Shown here: positions 1 through 12,822 of the stretch, one piece after another
Position numbering within the stretch: the stretch's first letter is position 1
How the letters are laid out: every line of letters starts with the position of its first letter
Origin: Podarcis bocagei
Taxonomy: Eukaryota
Direction: 5' to 3' (one strand)
DNA: 64,000 bases
Assembly: GCA_964188305.1 (NCBI GenBank)
Contig: OZ076892.1
The notes under the pieces: model-generated
Seen by the model: only the letters and a program-made list of their open reading frames with translations
What the model was told of the DNA's origin: nothing
Databases searched by the model: none
Position numbers and translations under genes: made by a program

Positions 1-717
1 TTGAGTGAACTATGAAAATTAAGCAGATGTGCACAATCCCCTATGCTGTGACTTATCTTTTTTGCATAACTTATTCTGCTTCTGGGAGTTGTAGAAAGGA
101 GCCATAATGAGTAGCCTGCCCCAACCTGAACTACAACTCCCATCAGCTCCTACTAGTGCTGCTGTTGAGAGCTGGAGCAGTTTTAGTCCAAAGCAGCTGG
201 TGGATACCAGGTTGAGGAAGGTTGATATTAGGCATTGAAACCTCCCTTCTCCCTCCTTACTAATGAAAACCATATTCCACGGTTTCTGAGGCTTCTGAGA
301 TTTCACCAGGTGTGGTGCATAGACACCTCACAACCATAAACAGCCCTTTGAAAAGGAGGGGCAGATTTAGGCATTCTGGCAGATTTGCAGCATGCATTGC
401 TGCTCTGGCTTCTAAAAGCCTTTCCAGAGGATTGTTTTACTGTACATTCAATAGCATGGGTGCTTGTCTGATGGTTTCCAAAGGACTTTGCTCCAGCTAG
501 TGCTGTTTTGGTCTGGCTGGTACATTTGAGTACGTGTGGGATGACTTCCATCAAGCAGTGTCCTACTGGGACAGGAGTTGGGAAAACTTTTAAGTTCCTA
601 GTCTTTAAAAGGTGATGCTTGCTCTTAGGATTTGGAAACTTTTTTCCACCCCTACTCCAGAATTGGTAGCCAGTTTTCTTTGCATGGGGCTAAATAGATG
701 AAAGAGTCACAATACAA

Positions 718-1062
718 TAGGGACGCGGACTTATAAAAAATATTGGGGGCGGGGGGGGGGAAAGCTCATGAATAATAAATAAGCTCATGAATATGCAAAT
801 AAAGTGGCGCCGCCTCCTCGTGAGCGAATAGGGGAGAGCGCGCTGCGCCTATTAATCAGCTCCGAAGGAAATTGGGTGGAGCTTTTGCTCGGGAGGGAGG
901 GCAGGAGGCATGCAGCCCGACCCTGTGCATTTTGGGCTGGGGGAGGGGCGGCGATGGCGCTCTGCTGGAGGGGCGCCGGAGATTATTGGGGGGCAGAGCC
1001 CCCCCAAACGAATTTTTGAGGGGGCTCGGGCCCCCTCAAGCCCCATGGAGTCGGCGCCTATG
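718..1062. mobile_element. Putative non-autonomous TIR element
   Basis: Imperfect TIR (TAGGGACGCGGACTT / GAGTCGGCGCCTATG), flanked by CAATACAA on both sides; GC-rich interior with octamer ATGCAAAT at 793-800. Confidence 0.5.
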
Positions 1063-2094
1063 CAATACAATCAGGTTTTGTTCCACTCTAAGATTTTGTT
1101 ATAATTAGTTTTCCATGGTTGGGTAGATTAGAAAACATGTCCAGAGCTTGTAGGGAGGCCTTTGCCAAGGGGAGTCTGTTTGAGAAGACTTAAAGAAAGG
1201 AATTGAGAACAAAGCTCTGATTAACTTGGGATTGTTCTGCTTGAATTTTGAGCGTCTTGTCTTATTATTTATTCATTTATTGTGCTTTTCTCCTGCCTTA
1301 CATCCTGCACTTGCCCAGGGCAGAAATGCAGGCATTGACAACCAAATAAAACAGCCATATAAAAATAATATCCTCTAAAAGCACATTACTTGGTAAAGAA
1401 GAATGTGAACAGTTAAAGCATTGTATTTATTTCATAAAATTTGTACTATGCTTGATTGTAAACTACACTCAAAGTGGTTTACAAATAAAATCAATAAGAT
1501 TTAACAATGATGTAAGACCTTCAAAAAGCTAAAACAACAATAGACTAAAAAAAGATTAAAACACATCAGCTTTCTAAGTATCCGTCTAAACAAAAATGTT
1601 TTCAGCAGGCACCCAAAATAATACAATGAAGGTGCCTGCCTGATGTAAATAGGTGAAGCATTTCAAAGTGTAGGTGCTACCACAGTATAAAATCGAGAGC
1701 TTGCAAATGTGTTTTATGTGGCACCTGTAACTATGCGAGTTCTGCAGATAGTGACCATCAAGTAGACGTAGATGGGGTAAGGTGATTCTTGCAGATAAAC
1801 TGGCCCCAAGTTGAATTTACAACCAGCAGGAAAGAAGCAAAGACCAAACCAAATGCTAAATGGGCAGTCGTTTATTTTTTCACTTCTTTTTATTCTTCTG
1901 GCTATTTCGTAGAGGCGAGAGAAGAACTGAACACATACCCCCAAATTAGCTCTGAGGGTTCCCACAACTTTCTGCAGCAGATTTGATACAGGGATTCAAC
2001 CCATAATTTTTATTATTTTACTTTATTTTACTAAATCCCCATCCTTTCTGCCCAAAATGTATTTCAGAGGTAGATGTTCTCATTGGGGTAACCC

Positions 2095-2470
2095 AGGGAA
2101 GTTGACCCATCCAGTCCAGCATCCTGTTCTCACAATAGCCAACGAGATGCCACAATGGGAAACCCGTAAGCAGGACCAGAGCTCAAGAACGAACTCTCCT
2201 TCTGTGGTTTCCAGCAACGGGTGTTCAGAAGCATCCTTGCCTCCAACTGTGGAGGGAGAGCATAGCTATCATGTCTACTAACCATTGATAGCCCTCTCCT
2301 CCATGAACGTGTTAATCCTCTTTTAAAGCCACGGAGGTTTGTGGCCATCTCTGCTTCTTGGGGGAATGAGTTCCATTGATTCTACCCTCCATGAATAAGG
2401 ACTTTCTTTTGTCAGTCCTGAACCTTCCATCACTCAGCTTGTGGATGTCCACAAGTTCAGGATTCAGAAC
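2095..2470 (-). mobile_element. CR1 LINE 3' fragment
   Basis: Same sequence family as 7097-7580, 23506-23755 and 28908-29458. Confidence 0.65.
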
Positions 2471-4835
2471 CACTGGCAAAGACAGCAAGTTCTTCACTCA
2501 GCATATAATAGATTTATGGAAATCAGTGCCACGTGGGAGTGCCAGCTTCCAAGCCAGCCTCTGTATCTGTGCCTTTTAACTTCAATTTGATGTGCACTGA
2601 CATTTGTAGGGGATGATCTCATTTCCATGGTGTGAAATGGCTTCTTCTGCAGGTCCAGCTGATGTTGAAGGCACTGCTAGGGGGTGAAATGGTGTTAGGA
2701 AACCTGGGCGGACCTTTTCTGGTTAGTTGGTAACCTTTGCCGTTATTTGATGTTGTGACGCCACTGACTTAGATTTAAAAAATAAAAATTAGGCAACCCT
2801 AGATTTGCAGTGCCAACTAGATTTGCAAAGCGAATCTCAACCTCAGTGTCTCCTACAGAACTAAAAGCAGGAAGTAGAGATTTGAATGAATAAACCTTGT
2901 TATGCTTGTAGCTGGCAAATGAAAACCATCCGCTCAAGGAAAGTTGCTGACCTTGTTTTTCCTAATGAAATGTAGCAGAGGGGCAGAGCAGTCAATGCGG
3001 CTTTGATGTTGTGTTTTCCACTGCTGTGCATGGGGCATGCAAAACGGATGAAAATGATTCTAAATGGTTATGATATCCCATGCTGCTTATTTGACTATGC
3101 CTCATGGCAAATAAACCAAGAGTAAATCATTACATTTACACATCTGTAGAGCTCTTTGGGATACTTTGTTTTCTAGCTTTTTTATTTCCTTGAGGGATAA
3201 GCTGGAGGGTGGGTGCAACTAATTAGTAAGACTACTAAGAGAAATTAGAAGGGGAAAATCCTGTACTTGAGTTCTGCCAGCAGTGATATAGCATCATAGA
3301 ACTATAGAGTTGGAAGGGACCCAGGGGTCATCTATTCCAACCTCCTGCAATCACAGCTGAAGAATCCCTGACAGATGGCAATCCAAGTTCAGTTTAAAAA
3401 CCTCAAATGAAGAAGAGTCCATCACCTTCCATCAGAGTCCGTTGCACTATTGAGAATCTCTTGCTGTCGTCCTAATTTTTAGTTGGAATCTCCTTCCTTG
3501 TCATTTAAATCCATTGGTTTGGGTCCTCCCCACTGGAGAAGCCGAAAACTAGCTTGTTCCATCTTCAATGATTCCATGAGGTCAAATTACCTCTCCTACA
3601 ATCCATTGCAGTTAATGTTAGCAGGAGGTGGGTGGGTGGAAGCTCCAGCTGAAGCCAATGAGAGCTTTTTTCCGCCAATGCTATTTGCAGCTTTGGAAGA
3701 GGAGAGTTTTTCATAAGGATCAGAGCTGGAGAATGGAGGGAATAAGGTTCCTCTCCTAATTTCTACCTCTTCGGCCTAGTATTACCTAGTGATTTCTAAC
3801 TACACCATAAAAGTGGTAGATAGTTTGGGCCCCAGCTACTAATTTATTACCACACCCTTTTCTTGAAGAACTCTTGAGGAGAGCTGGGTTCTGAAGCAGT
3901 CTGAAAACCAGGCAGTTTACAAGGCCTGTGGTTTGTGTCTGGAACTTTTTTTTTTTTTTTAGCTGTGGGTTTGGGTACAGAAACTGGAATCTGAACGTTA
4001 TGTTGCAAGATGTACAGCGCAATCCAACCCATGTCTACTCAGAAACAAGCCCTTGGAATCATGGCTTTGCCACAGTTGCAAAATGTGTCATCTGGTTAGT
4101 TCCCTCTTAGAATCCACCAGATCTTTACTTTTTAAAAAATCCACGTATTGTTTTGTGAAAGAGAGTTTGGTTTCCCAGGAAGCTGCTTCTCCGATGTGAG
4201 TCCTTATTTACATCAGGAGATGTGCCTGGTAGTTCAGTGAAACATGTCTTGCATGTTCATAAGACGAGCTCTGCTGTTGGTTAGTCATAGTAGTCAACTT
4301 ATTTGTATACAGCATCACACCCAAATACATCTGTGCTCAAAGAGGGTCACATATGAAATGGTGCAAGTAAAGTTGCATAATAACTACACTTAATTAAATA
4401 ATAATAATCTCACTTTAACATAACACTTAAGAGAAGCAACGAGTGACAACTCATTTAACGTACATCAAAATTTAAGTGAACTTGAAGTTTGGCAATAGGC
4501 CAGTTGACAGTACCCAAGAAGTTTATGCCTCAATCCCAAAAGTCATAAATTCTGCTCATGGTTCCACTGGGAGCAGCTATATTAAGTAAGAGCTGTTTGA
4601 CAGTGGAACGAACTGCCTCAGAAGTGGTTGGAGCCTTTTTAAACACTAGAACTCATGGACATCCAAATAAAGCTGCATGTTGGAAGTTTCAGGACAGATA
4701 GAAGAAAGGACTTCTTCATGTAGCACAGTTACTTTACTCCCACAGGAGGCAGTGACGGCCACCAACTTGAGTGGCTCTAGAAGAGGATTAGACTAATTCT
4801 TGGAGGAGAGGACTGTTGATGGTTCTTAGCCATCC

Positions 4836-5245
4836 CAGTACGTTTCTGAGCACAATTCAAAGTTTTGGTGCTGACCTTTAAAGCCCTAAACGGCCTCGGT
4901 CCAGTATACCTGAAGGAGCGTCTCCACCTCCATCGTTCTGCCCAGACACTGAGGTCCAGCACCGAGGGCCTTCTGGCGGTTCCCTCCCTGCGAGAAGCCA
5001 AGTTACAGGGAACCAGGCAGAGGGCCTTCTCAGTAGTGGCACCTGCCCTGTGGAACGCCCTCCCAACAGATGTCAAAGAAATAAACAACTACCTGACATT
5101 TAGAAGACATCTGAAGGCAGCCCTGTTCAGGGAAGCTTTTAATGTTTGATGGACTACTGAATTTAAATATTTTGTAGGAAGCTGCCCAGAGTGGCTGGGG
5201 AAACCCAGCCAGATGGACGGGGTATAAATAAATTATTATTATTCT
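4836..5245 (+). mobile_element. L2-like LINE 3' fragment inserted into a CR1 3' end (CR1 about 4650-4833 and 5250-5450)
   Basis: ORF2 C-terminus VLTFKALNGLGPVYLKERL...RAFSVVAPALWNALP...LKAALFREAF and a TAAA/TTA tail. CR1 sequence resumes at GCCATGATGGC. Confidence 0.75.
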
Positions 5246-6237
5246 TATTGCCATGATGGCTCTGCTCCGCCTCCACATTTGGAGGCAGCAATGCTCCTAA
5301 ATACCAGGTCCTGGAAACCACAAGAGCGACGAGTGGTCTTATGCTTGGATCCTGCTTGCAGGTTCCCCTTGGGGGCATCTGGTTGGCCCCTGTGCGAAGA
5401 GGATGCTGGACTAGCTGGGCCATTGGCCTGATCCAGAGTCTGTTCTTATGTCTGTGTTACTGGAACCGGGGCTTGGGGTTAAGCTCTCTCCTTAAACATG
5501 AGCTGTAACCAAAAACCCCCACACAGCCTAGGTTTGGAGAAGAGAGACTGGAAAGCCATGTGCTTGGAAACCATTTCAGTTCCACATTACTCTGGCTTTG
5601 CTTTTCCTGGGGGGGAGGAAGACTTAAAACAGTCTGAGTCAAAGCTTTGTTTGAAGAGCTGAGTTTTGAAGCAGGCTTTGCCTGGTTCTTCCAGACTAAA
5701 AAACCATGCTCCTTGTTTCCTTGGCAGCTTGACATGACTGAGGCACAAACCTGGGAATGAGGATAAAAAGTGCCTGTTTAAAATCTTTTGCGTATGACAA
5801 ATTTAAATATTAGATTTGCCTCGTGTTTGTAGAAGGTGCAATACCACACATGTGTATATTTGCATTTTGTATTTTCCTAGATTTGTGAAGCCTGCTCAGA
5901 CCAAGCCTCTTCAGACAGCATGAGTGGTGCTGCTGCTGTGGATTCTGCTGGCTGAGTGGGGCTGTCTCTTCTGGGGAACTCTTGAATCAGTAGAATCCCC
6001 ACAGTCAGTTTGGTGCTCCACCAGAAATTTGCACCTATTATCCACAATTTGGCTTTTGCCCACTCCCTCAGTCATTAGAGTGGCCCTATATCTGACATCA
6101 CACATGGCTGGTCACAACTGGAGTGATTTGTTCATTCATCTGATCTGGCACAAACCACTTGTTTCTGGAACACAGTTTCCTGCTTACGGGTTTCTCACAG
6201 GAATCTTGGTGGCCACTCTGAGAACAAGATGCTAGCT

Positions 6238-6705
6238 CAGGGGTCTGCAACCTTTAAGACAAAAAGAGCCACTTGGACCCGTTTCCGAAGGGGAAAAAAA
6301 ACTGGGAGCCGCAAAACTCGTCATTATAAAAATAACTTTTTTGTCACTTTTTATTATTTCTTTGTTTGACCCCTCAGAATTACTCCTCCTCATAGAAATA
6401 AACGTTAAATTAACAAGTTACCTTTGTGTGTGTGTGTGTGTGTTCTTCACTCCCCTTCAAAACAGTGACCAGCGTACATGCCCCCTTTCAATGTAGCGGG
6501 CGGGCGGGAAGGTGACATTGGGACGGTGCGTGACTAACACACACACAGCCCCCATGCGACGTCACAGCCAGTACAGCGCCTGCCACAGTGAGGAGTGTCG
6601 GGGCGCACAATGCGCCCCCTGCCCTCGCTAGTATCCGCCCCAGAGCCGAGGCAAAGGTGTAAAAGAGCCACATGCGGCTCCGGAGCCGCGGGTTGCAGAC
6701 CCCTG
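6238..6705. mobile_element. hAT-type MITE (copy 1)
   Basis: TIR CAGGGGTCTGCAACC / GGTTGCAGACCCCTG; 8-bp TSD TGCTAGCT; inserted in a CR1 3' end. Confidence 0.9.
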
Positions 6706-7096
6706 TGCTAGCTAGACTAGATGGGCCCCCAGTAGCCAGGCTCTTCTTAAGTTAATTTGTGCTTTCTTCTGTCATGTGCCCTGTTCTGGGACAGGCAAGG
6801 CTGGTAGAAAAATCCATCAAAGCACTTCAAGTCCAGAGGTTGCTCTGTGGTGCCAGATCTCTGCTTCACATCAAGATGAGCTTTGTCATTGTTTGCTTCT
6901 TCAGCCAAGTTTGTCTCCCAACACAGCTTACAATTAAAATGCCCACAAACTTTCACTTATAATAGGGGCTGTGTGGGTCCACCTCTTTGGACACAGCCCA
7001 GGTTCAAGTCCATTCCGGGGTTTGTGCTGATGCTAAAGATGCCATCACAGTAAAAGAGGATTTCCACTGATTGCAGAATCTCTGGTTCATAGCGGT

Positions 7097-7580
7097 TAAG
7101 AACATGAGAAGATCCTGCTGGATCTAGTCCAGCATCCTGTTGTCAGAGTGGCCAACCAGATGCCTCCTTGGGAAGCCCACAAGCAAGACCCAACTACAAG
7201 AGCAACTCTCCCCCCCTGTGTTTTTCAGCAACTGTTACTCAGAAGCAGTGTTGCCTCTGACTATGGAGGCAGAGCATAGCCATTGTGGCTAGTAGCCTTC
7301 AGTAGCCCTCTCCTTCATGAACTTGTCCCTTAAAGCCATCCAGATTGGTGACCATCACTGCCTTCTGTGGGAGTGAGTTTCATAGAAAAATCATACGTTG
7401 CATGGAGAAGTACTTATTTTTATCTGACCTGAACCTTCCAACATTCAGTTTCATTGGACATCCATGAGTTCTAGTGTTATGAAAAAAGGGGGACGGACAT
7501 GTCTCTATCTGCTTTCTGTATGCCATGCATCATTTTATAAATTTCTATCATGTCACCTCTCTTGCCTTTTCTCTAAACTA
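7097..7580 (-). mobile_element. CR1 LINE 3' fragment
   Basis: TAAGAACATGAGAAGATCCTGCTGGATC... is the reverse of the CR1 3' end. Confidence 0.7.
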
Positions 7581-7899
7581 GATTGCATTTGAGGAGTTTT
7601 AACTGAGAACAGGCTGTGCAGAACTGCCCCATGCACACTAGAAAATCTTAGGATTTTGTTGTAGTTTAGTTTTGAGACGTATGTGGTGGGGGTAGGAAAG
7701 GATGTGTCTAGATGTTTGCCCCCCAAGTAGACAGGGTTGTTCCTCTCCAGTACTGGGTGGTACTGTACCAGGTGGCTTAGCAGCCCCTCTCTCCCATGCC
7801 AGGAGAGCACTGCTTTTGAAGTCAAATATTATCTAAATCACCTCTTCTTTTTATTGCAGATAATCATTGGCTTGGGAAATTCCAGACCAGGTGGCTGTC

Positions 7900-10800
7900 A
7901 TGGTGAGTGATTCCTGTTTCCACAGCTTGTACCAAGCTGTGCCCGGTACCCTCTGAGCCCAATAAACAGGGCCATTGTTCTGTGACATTGAGTTGGGGAA
8001 ATAAAACAGACGGTAGACTCACTCTTATCAGAGCAAGAATTATATGATAGTGCCATGGGAAGGTTCCAACAGAGCTGACAGTTGGCAACAGAAAGGTCAG
8101 GGCTGCTGGGTCCTCCTAAATCCTCTTCTGCAGCCTTCGCCAACCTAGTGCCCTCCCAGTGTTGTTGGACTACAACTCCCAAAAGCCCCAGCCAGTGTGC
8201 TGGGAGGGCACCAGATTGGCAAAGGCTGTTCTTCTACTTATCATAATTTCCCACTTCTGTCCTGTGGGAACTTAACCTATATATGCTTTTGTAGGGGGAG
8301 GAGTCAGACCCCACACTGTTTTGGTTAGGTAAACAAGACAAGAGACTATTTATTGCATTTCCATCCCACCTATCCTCCAAGGAGCTCAAGGTGGTATACA
8401 TCCTCATTTTATCCTCACTTCAACCCTGTGAGGTAGGGTAGCTGAGAGATTGTGAATGGCTTAAAATCACCCATAGAGCTTCATGGCTGAGGAGGTCCTG
8501 ACTAGCTCCTTAGCCAACACTCTAACCACTTCACCACACTGGCTCTCTTATACCAAATTAAGATTATTGGTTCATAGAGTCCAGCATGCCTTACTTTGAG
8601 TTGTGATAGTTTCCTTAAGCTTTCAGGCAGGGATCTTTCCCACCACCTGAGATCTTCCTTTAACTGGAGATTGAATTTAGGATCTTCCACCTACTCTGTG
8701 TGTTCTCTAGCATTGAGCTGCAGCTTTCCTAATCTCTACTGGAATTTGGTGTTGCCCACTGGCAACAGGTAAGCAACAGACATCATAGCCACCATTCTGA
8801 AGAAATATAGCACACCTCACAATCTCTGTGCTTTTGCTACTATGGCTTTCAATGAGCTATTTGGAGGCCAGCTGAGTTATTTGGAGCCACAACCACTGGT
8901 ATATCCCTTTTTGTGATGGCATTTAACAGCTGATATTCTTTGGCTTTAGGCAGGAAACCGGGGAACTATCAAAGGAGCTTCCAACTTCAGGGCAGACGAG
9001 GATGCCCAGAAACTTCGTAAGGCCATGAAGGGACTAGGTGAGTCTCTGCCCCCCCCCCCTCTGATGGGGTGGGGAACTTCAAGACCAGGCATTAGAAACC
9101 AGTGGCCCTCCAGACCTCTGTCTGGCCCTTGGGGTTTTCTGTATCAAAGGCTGTCAAAATGGCCTTGGCATAGAATCATAGAATCACAGAGTTGGAAGAG
9201 ACCACAAGGGCCATCGAGTCCAACCCTATCTATGCATCTGTGTACTGTATACATAAAAAGAAATTATCCCTAGAGAATGGTCCGTCTAGCATGGTTGCTG
9301 TCTACTCTGATTGCCATTGGCTCTCCAGGGTATTGTGCAGTGGTCTTCCTTTCTTTGATGCTCAGTCCTTTTAACAAGAGTTGTGATGGATTAGACCTGG
9401 ATCCTTCTGCATGCAAAGCAGGCACTCTAGCACAGAGCATTCACATCTGCCACTCAGTTCTACAGATTAGAGTTGCGGTGGAAAGGCAGGAATTGCCTGC
9501 CAAGCTGTGTCCCCTCCACCAGAATTTTGGACCCCATTCTGCCGTAAGGAGAGTCTAGAAACAGTCAAGGTGCATCACACCAAAGACATAGGTGGACTTG
9601 CAGGTGACTTCCAGGAAGGTGGCCAAGCCACACCCTTAAAGAAGAGTCTTGTTTATCATTGAGGCTCTCAAAACTGAAAGTGTCCTTTTTAAAAAAAATA
9701 AACTGAACCACCGGGGTTCAAGGAGGACTAGAGAATAGCTTATTCATAGCTCCACAGAAGATAAGTGTGATTTCATAGAAATCTGTATCCTAATGGATCT
9801 AGGACATGACAGCTGCGACTTGGTATAGAAAAAAAGAAGAGAGGAAATTTAATTGCCAAATGACCTAATAACCTGGCAACAATGTATCTTCCCTATTTAA
9901 TGACTAGTGTTTTCCCATTGGAAGAGAGCAGAGCTGGGGTTCCCAATAGCTCCCTTGGTGGTCTTGCACAACCTCACCCCACTAGTCTCTATATTGACCC
10001 ATGCTCAGTCCCCTTCATTCACATCCACCTTCTTAGGCTGCATGTGCATCAATGTGTAAACTAGTGGATGTGCATGTGTGTCTGTGAGCATATTTACACT
10101 TCTAGAGATAATTGCTGCTTCCCAGCTTGTCAGTAGTTACCATGGTAAATTGATGTCATTGTCTCTCCACCCCCACGTGGGTTTTCTTGCTTGAATTTCA
10201 AATAAGTTGGTTGCTTTTCTTGCCTCAGGTACAGATGAAGATGCCATTATTGACATTTTGGTTAACAGGAATTTGGCCCAACGGCAGGAGATTAAGATAG
10301 CCTACAAATCCACTATTGGGCGGGTAGGTACATTGAATAGGAACTATGTAGTTCCTTGGTTCTCTCTTCTCCCTGCTCCTCACCTCTAGTTTTTGAGATT
10401 TTAGAAGTTTTATAGTTTAAAATCTGTCATGGCAAGTATTATTATTTTTTTTGTACTGATCAGCCTATAATACTTCACCTGCCCAAATGACATATCTATG
10501 TCCTCCCTTGAGTCTGCTTCCCCCTCACCTGTGGTTTCCCCAACTTTTAAATAGCCACTCACTTAGTCACCTTTGATGAATAGGAATACTTTTCAAGCAG
10601 CCAGAAAAAGCATGATTTCTTTCTCTTCCCCAGTCCTCTGCACGCTTATTTTATTTAAAATCATCTTAAATCCCAATATTACAAAAAAGTCATTAAAGTC
10701 AAAGACACAATAAACTGCTCCAGTACTGAAGAAAAACAAGTTCTGCAGTTGAAAGCATATACAGAAGAGGAGCCTGCTAACGAGTCTTCAGGCTGGCAGT

Positions 10801-12780
10801 CCAAAAATGTGAAGGAGCGGAAAGGCCATTTTTGTTCTTTAGCTGACTACAGATCAAGCAAGGGGGTGGTCAAACAGACCTCACCCTGGTAGGGAGTTCC
10901 ACAGTCTGAGCATGAACACTTAAAATACCTTCTCCTCTGCTTGGGGTCCAGGGAAAATGGCAGGCTCATACGGCCACATAGGCCTAGCGCAGTTGGAAGT
11001 CAGCAGGCAGGCTAGTTAAAAACGTATCTAATTTGGGGGAATTTATTTGCAAGGCTAGGCTGAATGTTGGACAGCAGAGCAAGGGTTAAGTGTCTCATCA
11101 GCCGTGCATGTGCTCTGGGGCCTTTGGCAAGTCACACAAGTGCAGTTTCGTTTGCCCATTTGGAAAATGGGACTATTAAAAACCTCAAGGGGAGTTTAAC
11201 CTCAGAGGCCTGTAAAGCACTTATCAGATTCTAAGTATGGTGAACTATGTTTAATAAAAGTAAGTAGCAAAGGTAGCAGTGAGTGCTCATAGTTCTGAGG
11301 GCTTTGGGAGGTAATAAAGGAATATTCCAGTGATGTATACAAATGATTAATATGCATACATCAGTCACCATCCATAAAAATGAATTTACAGGTCCCCTCC
11401 ATTGGCAGTGATGTTAATAATTGGCAGACGTTCTCAGCCTGTAGTACAAATATTTGTCTTAAGTAAACCTCTGTGAATCCAGACTATAAAATTCTTTGGA
11501 GTAAAACCCATTTTTTCTTGTTTGGCTAATGACCTCAAAGCAGTATGAAACAAGCTGTTCTTGTTTTTTTGTTTAAAGAAAGAAAAGGTTGGGTTCTTCC
11601 TCCCCACTCCCGGGGGGGGGGGTTCACCTTATTGCATTCCTGTTAAGCCAAGTGGAGGAGCTCCACTCTCACTAACTTTTCTTACCTCTGATGTGCTTAA
11701 AAGCACATTTTCACAGTTGTTTCTCTGTGAGATATTCACCCAAAACATGTCTTTCCCCAACAGGATTTGATTGACGACTTGAAGTCTGAGTTGAGTGGGA
11801 ATTTTGAAAGGGTTATCATTGGACTGATGACACCCATCACTCTGTATGACGTGCAGGAGCTGAAAAGAGCTGTCAAGGTTTGCAAAGGCTTGTAACAGAA
11901 GCCCAAGTATGAGTGGACTCTGCCCAATAAGCATAATTCCTACAGTATTGTCATGTAAAATTGGGTGGGACGTAACTGGGGTCTGCACACAGATCACGTA
12001 ACTGGAATGCACATTTTGCTGGACAGGGCCTGGTTTCCAGAGTATGTGGTACTAGGATCATGGAATCATAGAATGGTAGCCTTGGAAAAGAGACCCAACT
12101 GGTCAAATAGTCCAATCCTGTGCAATGCAGGTATCACAGCCAGGAAGGAGAGATGGGAAGGGAAACAGAACTTCCAGTGGGTTCAGATAAAACCATGTTG
12201 CAGCCAAAGAAAAGTTGCCCTGGAGCAACCTGGATGGGTCTGCTTTGGGTGTGATGAATTCCGGCTACAGGGCCCCACCACACTGGTGTTTGATAGTGGG
12301 TGCATTCTGCAACGTGCTCTTGACACAATAATAGTGCCCTGGTGGTGGATTTATTCCTCTTTCATCTCTGCTGGGGTGCTTCCCTGTGCATCTGGACTAT
12401 GGCACAACAGAAAAAGGAGAAGAATAAACCGGAATGTTTGTGGTATAAAAAGTAATCTGATTTCAGCAGATATGTGAAGTGAAGCAGAGAGACCACCCCA
12501 AAATATTTGCAGGCACACACCATCATCAATGTGTGATAAAAAGGGCAGAACCCTCTGAGCAGAATGAAAACCACTGTAGAATGAGCACTGCTGCCTTCTC
12601 ATCTGTTTTAAAGCCAGTGGGTACTTTCCCACCCCCCATCTTTGTGTTTCTCTAAGTTGTTGGTTTTTTTCAAAGAAAGGACTCCTTGGGGAGGTTTAGC
12701 ATTTAAATCCTGCCTGCATTGGGATGAGAACTCTCCCTTTCTCCCTAGTGGTCATTCTGTTCATGTTCTCTGTCTGTTTG

Positions 12781-12822
<42 letters not shown>

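Noticed and set aside
5870-5930. Acceptor-like TTTTCCTAG at ~5880 as a possible ANXA4 5' UTR exon
   Set aside because: No clear matching donor and no transcript evidence; the ANXA4 first exon and promoter could not be located in the window.
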